Shown: piece after piece, positions 11,395 to 22,500 of the stretch
Layout: each line of letters begins with the position of its first letter
How positions within the stretch are numbered: position 1 is the stretch's first letter
Assembly (NCBI GenBank): GCA_964187785.1
Contig: OZ076414.1
Location: forward strand, 42,222,001 to 42,286,000
DNA length: 64,000 nt
From: Amphiscolops sp. MND2022
Lineage: Eukaryota
Direction of reading: 5' to 3'
The notes under the pieces: generated by a model
Told to the model about the DNA's origin: nothing
The model's input: only the letters and a program-made list of their open reading frames with translations
Database searches by the model: none
Program-made: the position numbers and the translations under genes

Positions 11395-12960
11395 AACATT
11401 CTAGTTCACAAAATCTATCAATAGTTTGGCAATAATTGAAAATGATGAAAATAGAAAATTTTGAAATTTTTCCTTTTTCGATGTCAATTCCAGACATTTT
11501 TCATTTGAAAAGCTGCATTTATCGTTCCACTAAGCATACGGGACAACATTTGTTCCTTGTTAACCCTTTCCAACATTCCAATCTCCGGAGGTTGTTGAAA
11601 ATTTTCAAGAAAAACTGCATAAATTTTTGAAAATTGAAAAATTTTGGGATTTTCGTCAATTTCGGTGTCAAGTTGAGACTTTTTCATTCGAAAACTGAAA
11701 CTATCTGATCCCTAAAGACTACCGGACAACAAACTGCTACCTTGGTGAACATTTTCATCATTCCAATCTACGGAGTTTGTCGAAATCGTGACAGAAATTG
11801 CAAAAAAACATTGAAAATAGGAAAATATTGGGTTTTTTGTCGTTTTTGGTGCCAACTTGAGATTTTCTTCATCTAGAAAACTGCATTAAATTCTTCGGAA
11901 AAACTTTTTGGACCAATAATGTTCCTTGCTTACGCTTCGCAACATTCTGATCTACGAAGTCTGTCGAAAATGTGACAAAATTTGCATAAAAACTTCGAAA
12001 AATAGTAAGTTGTGGGTTTTTTGTCACTTTCGGTTTCAATTTGAGACCTTTTTCAATTAGAAAAGAGAAATAATCTTCTCGAAAAAGCCTACTGGACAGC
12101 TAATACGGGCCACTTTGACCGTTTTCAACATTCTAATCAACGAAGTTCTACCAAAATTCGACAAAAAACTGAATAAAATCGTTAAAAATCGGGAAATTTT
12201 TGGAATTTTGGTCATTTATTGGGTCAGTTTTCTCTAACAAAACCGCATTTATCCCTTCCTAGAAAACAATTGGACAACAACCTCGTGCCTTGTTGAACGT
12301 TTGCAACATTCTAATTTGCGATGTTTATCAAAAAATTGACAAAAAACGCATGAAAACGGTAAAAATTGATAAATTTTAGAGTTTTTTTTCGGGGCCAATT
12401 TGAGATATTTTTCAGTAGGAAAACTGCAATAAATTCTTTAGAAAAGCCTACTGGACTAATACGTTTTCCTTGCGGACGCTTCTCAACATTCTAATCTACG
12501 AAGTCAGTCGAAAATGTGACAAAAATTGCATAAAAAATTCGAAAAATAGAAAGTTTTGGGTTTTTTGTCACTTTCGGTTTCAATTTGAGACCTTTTTCAT
12601 TCAGAAAAGATAAATAAACTTTTCAGGAAAGCCTACCGCAGAGCAAATGCGGGCTACTTTGACCGTTTTCAACATTTTAATTAACGAAGTATGTCGAAAA
12701 TTTGACAAAAATTGCCTAAAATTGTTAAAAATCAGAAAATTTTGGAATTTTTGTCATTTTTGGGGTCAATTTTCTGGTACAAAATCGCGTTTATCTCTTC
12801 ATAGAAGACTATTGGAGAATGAATTCGTGCTCTGTTGAACGTTTTCAACATTCTAAATTGCGGTGTCTCTCAAAAAAATGACAAAAGTTGCATAAAAACG
12901 TTTAAAAAATTGAGAAATTTGTGAATTTTTGTCATTTTCGGGGTCATTTCGTCATTAAGG
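11395..12960. repeat. Diverged ~180-bp satellite array with 544-bp trimeric higher-order period
   Basis: AACATT-anchored monomers at ~11395, 11572, 11757, 11941, 12127, 12305, 12485, 12671 and 12847. Pairs 11941/12485, 12127/12671 and 12305/12847 are much closer to each other than neighbours are. Confidence 0.75.
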
Positions 12961-13064
12961 GGTCGTTTTCGTCATTAAAAAAACTCCAAAAATCTCTACA
13001 AATACATATCGCACGAAGCTAAATTTATGTGAGTTGAATTCTACGGGTAACACCCTTAAAGTTA

Positions 13065-13772
13065 TGTAACGTCCGCCTCTGGCATGACAAAATTTCGATG
13101 AAAAATTCGAAATGTGCGACATCGCAATTCAGCAAAAAAGATGGCCGACCTAATAGGAGCGGGAAACTAAAAAAAAGTGAGAGCACGCTGAAGAGAGCAA
13201 AAAAGGAAGGAACCAGAAAGCAGAACGACTATTGACATGAAGATTCGCACAGTGCCGAATGTGACGAGTACTACCCGGTGTTATTCCATCCCTCTGGGAG
13301 AGAATGCAAAACCGTTCCAGAATGGCATGACTGGATCCCCGAAAACCTACAAACAGTAACTGTACTCCCCTTTGGGGCTCATCCCCCTTAATTTGTTGAT
13401 TTGTAATGTATTTTGCTGTTTCGCTTATGCCTGACCTTCTAGATCAGCATTTCATATCTTTAACTGTCAAAATGGTACTTTTTGGATAAACGCTTTTGGA
13501 CCTCGGAAGTATGTAGGAAGTCGTAGGAAGGCTTAGGATTATGTAGGAACGTTTTTACAGGCTTGTGGGGCGTGTCCGGACTTTGAGAGTGCCGGCACGT
13601 CGCCTCGGAGCTCTAACTAGAGGAGCCTCCTTAGACGTTAGAAAAGTCCCCCATGGAGACCGTTTTGGGAGAAAAGCCAGTGTCTAGGAGTGTAGTAAGA
13701 CAACGGTCTCCTGTTTAAGCACCCTAGGCATTGTCCCACTTCCGGGATGTGCGCCGCTAGCCGGACGTTACA
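13065..13772 (+). repeat. 5' LTR (708 bp)
   Basis: TGTAACGTCCG...CGGACGTTACA 11-bp inverted ends. Six substitutions and one 1-bp indel versus the 3' LTR by manual comparison. Confidence 0.97.
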
Positions 13773-13788
13773 TCTGGAATAGTTTTTA

Positions 13789-13806
13789 TGGCGACCACAG
13801 AGGGAT
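13789..13806 (+). promoter_or_regulatory. Primer binding site, tRNA-Arg-like
   Basis: TGGCGACCACAGAGGGAT resembles the complement of a tRNA-Arg(UCG)-type 3' end (...TCCCTYYGTGGTCGCCA). It lies 16 nt downstream of the LTR end. Confidence 0.7.
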
Positions 13807-16800
13807 ATTTTTCCTTACCGCGTCCTGCGAGGAGCAACTCCTGCTTTCCGGCCCTGTAAGGTCCGGATCTAGCAGAAGCCTTTGGGAGGGTCCTAGATTG
13901 TTTTTACTGCTTTTTTCTAGCCCTTTGGGCCTTGTATTAGTGTTTTTCCTGCGTTTCCTGCATGTTTCCGAGGTCTCCAGCCTGAAAAAGACAGTTTGAA
14001 ACAGTGTACCCCCTTGCACCTTATCTGTACTTGTTAAAAGAGCTATTCCGGCCTATCCGGAACGTGTTTTAACGGGTTTTCCAGCTTCTTTTCAGCTAAT
14101 CGGCAATGTACAGGGACTGCGAGGACGGTTCGTGAAGACCCGAGCTAGCTGAGTGCAGGACTACAGGTGCTTCACGTCATAGCCTCTTCCTCCCCACCTG
14201 GTGCCGATTCACCGAAGACAGCTGGGTTATTTCGTTCCCTTTACGTTTTCTAGCCCCAAATTAGTATTCCCAGGCCTGTTTTTGCATAAACTAACTGAGA
14301 AAAATACCCACAGGGTGTTTGCATCAGTTATTTTAAAGTTTGAGCTCGAAAACATCGAAAATAACACTAATAATAGCTCAAATATCGAATTTTCCCGTTT
14401 TGGAAGCCAGAATTTTGTAGAATTGTATACGGCCTATGGGAATACCTGAAAAACGTTCTGTCAGACCTACCAGGTCGAGAACAAAATTTTTGTTGGGCTG
14501 TTTTTTTTTTTGAAAAACATGAAAAATTCAGCAATTTTTGTTTAAAAATCGGCAAAATTGGCCATTTTGACCAATTTTGGTGAGGGCGAAGCCTTGGGCG
14601 TTTGTTCCCAAGCCTCTTGAAAGGCCCAAAAATTTTGTTGTTGAGCTTGGTAGTACGCAATACTACTACCAAGACGATTTTTGACTGCCCCCAATATAAA
14701 TTGAAGTTTTAACATCACTTTTCTTTCATTAAAATAGACCTGAGTGAAGGACCCCCATAGACCTGAGTGTTATTGAAATCAAATTACATATTGCAACTAC
14801 CCCAGCCCCCTGAATAAAGTTATTACGTGTCCTAACTCTACTAATAAAACCAAACGGAACATCAAAAAACATCGGGTTATTGACGAAAACACGTATTTTC
14901 AGTACTGTTCCGAGGGTGTAAAAAGTGCAATCGGGAAATTTTGTGAGAGACCTTGTTTGAAACCTACCAGGTTTCGCTTGCCTATTTCCAGTTAATAGAG
15001 AGCGTAACGTTGCAAACGCCGAAAACCGCAAGCAATTCTGAGCAGTGGTTGTTGAGAAATAGTCGAAAACGCACAATTTTTGCGTCAATTTCGGAATTCG
15101 GCAACCTCGTATTTTCAACAAGTCGAAATCTCTCCTAACAGGAAGAGCTAAAAACGGATTGCACCATCGTGTAGAGCGCAAAAAGTTACGCTAGTAGCGT
15201 GATTTTGATAGCCCTACTTTGAATACCCGCAGAGATAACTTAGCCGCAGTTTTGTTCAGAAAGTGTACCAAATTGCCGAAAAATCGAAAATTTGATTGAG
15301 CCTGGTGTGATATCTCCGGGATATCCCGGCACCCTAATTTTCCTAATTTCGTCCTCGGGGTACCAAATCCCGACGATTTGTGCAATTTGAGCAGCCGACT
15401 ACCAGCCGAAGCTGAGAAATTTACATTTTTGTGATTTTTGACCCGAAAAAATTGGTACCTCTGGTACATCAAGGTTTTGTCACTTCGGATCGCCCGATGT
15501 TGATCCAGGCACCTCGCCGCCAGATTTTTCTGTTGCGTGAGCATAGGTTACGCTCGCATGCGAAATTTCGGGTAGCTGGGACGCCTAGGACGCGAGTTAC
15601 ACCACTTTTTGCGAATTTCACGACATAGTCAATTTTTCGGTAAACATTGTTAAGTGGCCGCAATACCCATTGGGTCACTTTTGGCGCAATCGGAGATTCA
15701 TTCCCCACGATTTAGCCAGTATAATAGACGGTGTGAAAGTTTCAGGTCGCTAGCAGCACTAGAAGTGATTTTCACCTTCCCCGGAGGTGCTACTTGACGA
15801 GAAAAACAGCGTTTCGAGCGAATTTTGACTGAGAACCCGCGCACTTCTAGTCCTGACGTGCCTCACTCAGGGCTGAAACGACCTGTTTAGCGCATCAAGC
15901 AAATCCCACACGGCTCACTGAACTTACAAAATCCGCGTAGGGTTGGCCCCAAGACCAGCGACCTCCCACTAAACACTCTATGAGACTAAGAGACGGTAAC
16001 CCTAAAAACCGAAATTCGTTTCTCGCCCGCCACCAAAGTCGCCTAGGTGCAATTTGCTCGCTATAACCACATGTACTCTGCGCCTCGTGTACCCTGAGGG
16101 TGCGAGAGTGTGCCCGGGAGCACCAAAGCAGTCACAGACCAGGTTTGCGGGACGCGTAGAGAAAGTAGAACAAGTACAGAAGAGACCACCCATATCGTTG
16201 TAAACTCTTTTACCCACGAGCCGTGAGGCCATAGACCAGGGTACCACTCAATACTCAACCCCCACGTTCCCAATCAATCCCCAGATCATTCCCCGTCCAT
16301 CGCCCATCCATTGTTCCCGAATCAACCTCGTCGTACAAGCGTATAAAACAACCTAAAGTGACCCCCACTGCGCTCTGCGCGGGGGATACAAAAAGAAATC
16401 TCCGCCGACGAGTTTGAAGCTAACCCAATAGTTTTCAGTTAACGGTAGCAGCAAGGCCTGCGGTCACCTAAAAGTAGAAGTCAACTTAGCGTGTAGTAAT
16501 CTGTAGTTGTGATCGCCAAAAAAAAACTGAAAAATTTTTGCTAAGAAAGCCAAACCTTCTCCTAAGTGAGGGAAAAGCAAACGAAATTTTAGTTAAACCA
16601 ACCAGCGATAGTGTGCCTAGTGCACTCCGAGAGTGCAGGAAGGAGTTCAAGCCCACACAGTAGGTCTCAACCTCAATACACAAGAGACCGGCCACTCCGA
16701 GCGGCTAGGCACGCCGAATAGCTTAGTAGGTTAGTTAGTTAGTGCAGTTTAGATAGTACCCCTTTGAGTCATTCAGCCAAAGCAAACCCTTCTCACTCCA

Positions 16801-16926
16801 TCATTTACCACTTGTTTTGCGGGGGGAAGGGAGTAGACAGAAATCAAAAAAAAATTTTTTTTGCTTGTTGCGTGCCGCGTGGAAACTTCGTACGCAGCGC
16901 GAGCTAAAATATCTCATCCCGTGGCC

Positions 16927-19900
16927 ATGGAACGACGCGAAGCTAACGCTACCATAAGCGACCTCCACGCCACCAATCCTTTCAGAAGGGGAACGGAAGC
17001 CACGACCGAGCAAAACGAATGTAGACTAGATTCCGCCATAGCAGCCATGTTTTCAGAAGTCATGTCTTACTACGTACCGAGCCAGGAACAAAACGCGGAG
17101 ATAGTCGTTGCCACCAGCCAGCCTAACTCCTCGCGAGCCTCCCCCGACAGCACCAATCCACAGGATGGTGCTGAAACCACCATACAAAGAAACACATGGC
17201 CTCCGCTGGAAGTCACTGACTACAGCTTGGAAAATTGGCCAAACTCCAACCAAGGGCCCACATGTGAGCCCAGCACTGCTGACACCCCCATCGAACAAAA
17301 TGACACTCTAACGACTCCACAGGTGGACCCACGGACGGCGGTTGTCGAGAGGAACCCCTCGGGTTCCCAGGAGATAACCAATAGCATAGGCGGGAATCCC
17401 TTTCGGAGCGGATATACGCTACTGGGAGCACCGGCGAAAGCGTCGAGTAGGCCGGCGGAGAATTTGAAAACAACCGTGACAGAGAATCCGTTAAGATACG
17501 TTTTTCGAACGCCACCCTCGGCGGGTCCAAAAGTTAACTACGCGAATGCGAGCCGAGCATCCCACACGCCAAGCTCTCAAGCCAGCGCCGACACCAATCC
17601 TGACTCAACGATAACCAAAGCAAGAAAGGAAGCGCAAGCAATTCGAGAAGACTTTCAGAGTAGCCTAGCTCAGCTAGCCCAAGTCCAGACGAAGCTGGCG
17701 CGGGAAAACAACGAACATGAAATGCGCGCCGACATGATAATGAGGGACATGGACGAGCTGCGAAGAGGTCTTCTGGAAATTCAAGCGGAAGGACGACAGA
17801 ATCAGGGCCGACTGGAGGCGTCTATGGCGTCTCTCAACGATCTGATTAAACAGAGAGAGACCACGGCGGATGCCCGCATGGCTGAGATGTCTGCAGTAAT
17901 GAGAGAAAGAGACCGCCAGGCCGACGAACGCATGAAGGCAATGACGAACACAATGCAGCGCCGCGACATGGACTCCAATGTCCGCATGGCGGACTTGATG
18001 ATGGCAATGCAAGATTTGACGCTAGGCGTGAAAGCAATTGTGTCGCAGACCCCAGCACCGCAGGCACAGACAGCGCCACGGGCGCCCCAAAAATACCAGC
18101 AAGCCGATATGCCCTCTACAAGTGCAGCTCCCCAACCTCCCTACCGGACGGTAGCACAGCACACAGTGGAGCCTGCTAGGCCCCCAAAACTAGTGCCACC
18201 CGCGACGTACAGGCGTGACCCGTCGAAAGCTAGTAAAATGGCTAAGGTATCCCACGCAGAGTCACGAGACGCCGGCACAGACCCCATGACTGACCCGCCG
18301 TCGTTCGACCAGTACGCCCGCGGGGCATCGACCTCGGGCGATTTCCACTCCGTTGCCGACGAAATGAACACCCGCAGGACCAGCTATTATACGGCCGATT
18401 CCAGCGCGGCATTCCGCCTACCTGCGCGAACGCAGACGTTCAGGGACTTTGTTCCGCGGCCAGTGGCCACCAGCACGCAGCGCAAGGTGACAACCAAGCG
18501 GAACCTACAACAAAGCAAAGGCGAACATGGCGACCTGGAAGAGATGCCCTCGGTGGCAGAAGAGGCCCCGGACACGCCGAGGACTACCCAACGACAGGCA
18601 CTAGCAGAAGCAATATCCACAGCCATGTCTAAAGGCTTGGAGCCGTTGCTCGCCGTCAAAGAGTCTAAAAACAAACCCACGAAGTACAGAGGAACCCGAG
18701 ATGGAAATGCAGATGGGTGGATGATGCTGATGAAACGCCACTTGGAAAACGCACACCCGAAGGCGACCCCCCTTGACAAAGCATGGACGATAATTGAGTA
18801 TCTGGAGCATGAAGCCAGAGACTACATCACGAACAAGTCCGAGGCCGAGAGGGACACGGATGAGAAAGTGTTCGCGCTGTTGGCGCGTCGCTTTGGGACC
18901 GGCTCCAGCAAAATCCACATCCAGCAGCAATTCAGAACCCGCAATCAGAATAGCGAAGAGGACTACATGCAATACCTTGATGCCCTCGAGGGCTTGCGTA
19001 GCCAGGGTTACCCTAATGAGGAGGTAACGGTTCGTAGATACGAAATCATGCAAAGATTCATCGAGGGAGTACGCAACTTTGAATTGAAAAGAAACCTCGC
19101 GCTGATGTACGCACCGGAACAATACGTGGAGGCTCCGCCGACAGTGGAAGCCCTTCGCTTCACGGTACAACAATATTTACGCATGCGCGGCTCCGCTCGC
19201 TCGGACAACTACCCAATGATACCCCCTCAACAACAACAGGCCAACCTCCCACAACCTAATCAGTCTCCGGCAGCACCCCTGCCGGCCCAAAAAATGCAGC
19301 AGCAGCCCCCCCAACCAGCGGCATACCAACAACAACCTGCGCCACCGGCAGCCTACCGACAGCAACCCCAACGGGCGTGCTTCAATTGCGGAGATCCGTC
19401 GCACTTCGTGGTGGACTGCCCCCTGAAGGACCGCGCACGGAAGCCGGTGCAACAGCAAGTGAACTCCTGTCACACGAACCCGTCCGGCAGTTGGATGTGC
19501 CCCTCTCAGCCACATGGCTTGAACTATGATGTTTTCCCAGCATCCCTACCAACCCAAGGCACAGTTGCCTTCTGCATCAATTGCGGCCGTACCGAGCACT
19601 CGGCGTCGGAATGCATGGCCCCGGAGCACATGAGCCACGAAGAGCAAATCCGTGCAGCGTGGTATGCTCCTTCGCCAAGTCAGTTCGACGGCCTGGGGCA
19701 AGACGACCAGGTCCGGGTAATATCGATAGCGGAAGATGGAGGCCCCTCCCGACCGGTGGTAGTCACCTGTGGCGAGAAGCAGGTACTCACCACGCTGGAG
19801 GCACCCGCCCCAGATTGCACAGAAACACTTATCTCGATACACCTACTTCTCTCGGTCGAGCAGAAGTCGAAGCCCACGCTGACCTTAACGAAGCTGAAAG

Positions 19901-22500
19901 AGGAGTTATGCAGAAACGTGAAATATACGATCGCCGCGCGACCGCTTCCGCATTTTGCAAGGGAAGACGAAACGAAACTGGCCCCAATACAGAAAGTCAA
20001 AACCATCTCTCCGGTGCCGGTAGCCATCAACGTCGACGGTGTAGACATGAAGTTCGACGCTATCGTAGTCCTAGAAGGTCACTTCCCTCAGGGATTGTAC
20101 TTGGGCCGCCAGGAGCTGCGGTGTTACAACATCGGGGTGCAAGACGCCCAGGGGGAGGCTCGCATAGATGAACGGGCATCCTTGGTGGTTGCCTTTGGCA
20201 ACACGATCCAGGAGCCAATACCCTTGTACGGGATGGTTGACACCGGCTCGGGTGTTTCCATCCTCTCCCTCAAGGCCTATCAAAAGATTGCAGCAGCCCA
20301 CGCCTTGAGCCTCCTGCCTTATGACATCCAGCTGTATGCTGCCAATGGCAAAACGATCAACACCATCGGCATTGCCGAAGATGTCAGCTTCCAGTTGGGC
20401 GGACATACCCTTCGAACCAACTTTATAGTCATTGCCGATCACCTAGGTGCGGAGGACTTTTTACTCGGCAGAAACTTCTTGCGCACGTACAACGTCCTCG
20501 TGGACTTGACGGCCATGAGGGTCACCATACGAGACCCCAAAGCGCCACGCCACTTCAAACCCGTCCATGAGGTAAGTGACCACGAGCCATCCTTAGTGAT
20601 ATCCACCGAAAAGGTAGTCCTAGGCCCCTATGAGCGTAAGCTAGTGCGAGCCCAAGTTATTTCTCAAAAGCACAATGAGTACCACTTCCGGAACGTAATG
20701 ATTCGCCCCCTGGGGGTGCATAAACGGTGCCCCTTTGTTTCAGAAGATACATTGACGTCTGTTGGAGACGAGGGCATTGTTTTCATAGCCGTACGAAACA
20801 CTGCCGCCTTCGAAAACGTAACTATTCCAACCAAAATTGTCCTTGGTAAGGCAGAACCTACAAACTTTGTGTTGCAAACTGTGGCTGCCGATACGTCAAC
20901 CGAAATTGATAAATCTTTGTTTGAACAAGTTAATAGAGTTTATACAGATGAATGGTTGAGCGAAACGAGTTCGAAATTCAGTTCTTTTGCTCAAAACTTT
21001 TTGTCCTCTACTGAGATGTCCGCGGAAGGGTTGTCGGAAAGTGAGAAGCATGCTAGGACAGACCCACAGTTACTAAAACATATACCAGGTCCAGACCTCT
21101 CTTCCGTCCTTTCTTCATGGGGGGAGGGGGCGAGAGATCAACTAGCAAGCGTCTTGAGTGAGTACGATGATCTTTTCATGAAGCACAAGGCTGACATAGG
21201 GAGGTGCAAAATAGCGAAACATCGCATAGAACTAGAGCCAGAGGCTATCCCGCACAGAGAAGGCGCTCGGCGCATGTCCCCTGATAAGGCGGCGAAGGCC
21301 AACCAAGAGGTGCAGAACTTGTTGGCCCTTGGCCTAATTCAACCCTCCTACTCGCCGTGGGCAAGCGGGATAGTCATGGTCAGGAAGAAAACAGGCGAAC
21401 TTCGCTTCTGCTGTGACTTCCGGCCGCTCAACGACGTGACGGTCAAGGACGCGTTCCCATTGCCCAGGATCGATGAAAGTCTATCCCGGATTGGCAATGC
21501 GAAGATCTTTACAAGTATCGACCTAGCGTGGGCCTTCTGGCAGATACCGCTAAAGAAACGCGATAGGAGGAAAACGGCGTTTGCCTGCGAACTGGGCTTA
21601 TTCGAATGGCGGCGCATGCCCTTTGGGCTGTGCAACGCTTCAGCCACATTCCAGCGCTCCATTACACGAGCCCTGCAACGGATCCAGCAGCGACACGGGA
21701 GTGTCGTCATGGCTTACATTGACGACATCGTCATCGCCACGGAAACCATAGAAGAACATATCGCACGAATCAAGGAAGTGTTCGAATGTCTCCGAGAGGC
21801 TGGATTCAAGATACGTGCCGAGAAATGCGACTTCATGCGCACGGAGACAAAGTACCTGGGACGGGTGGTATCCTCAGAAGGCATCAAGCCAGACCCCGAG
21901 GCAGTGATTAAAATCCAGGAATGGATGCCCCCGAGAAGCAGAGAGGAGCTTCAGAGCTTCCTGGGGTTCGCGAACTACTACCGGGACTTTGTGCCGTTTC
22001 ATGCAGCCAAGGCGCAACCCCTGCAGGAGTTGCTCAAGAAGAATCAGCATTTCCACTGGGAAGTGAAACACCAAGTGGCCTTCGATGCCGTGAAAGAGGC
22101 CCTAGCAAACGCGACCGCTTTGGCAGCCCCAAACGAAGACGGACGGTTCGTGCTCGATACCGATGCTAGCGCGGTAGCAATAGCTGGAATCCTGCACCAG
22201 GAACAAGAACACAATGGGAAAACCGTCCTACGGCCAATAGTCTTCGAAAGCAAGTCCCTGACGAAGACGCAACTGAATTATGGAGCGCCCAAGTTGGAAA
22301 TGTATGCAGTGTTTTACTTCATCGAGAAGTTCCATTCGTACGCTCCGCGTGGACAACCAGGCCCTATCATGGCTTAAAACATACTCCATGGACCAAGCCA
22401 TGATAGGCCGCTGGATAGCGCGTCTGGATCAGTACAACTTCGAGACGATCCACCGACCTCGCGCGCAGCACCGGACGGCCTCAGCAAACGGACTAACGAC
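16927..22500 (+). CDS. gag-pol: Gag-PR-RT-RNase H part of the polyprotein (frameshifted in RNase H)
   Basis: GCCATGG start at 16927. Two CX2CX4HX4C knuckles (19378, 19573); protease VDTG (20239) with LLGRNFL; RT SPWASGIVMV...FCCDFR...AYIDD (21715-21726); RNase H TDAS (22162). No stop or frameshift between gag and pol. Confidence 0.95.

Noticed and set aside
13064-13773. Alternative LTR ends ATGT...ACAT
   Set aside because: Both LTRs are flanked by A and T, but this boundary leaves no TSD at all. TG...CA is the canonical end and leaves a 3-bp match.
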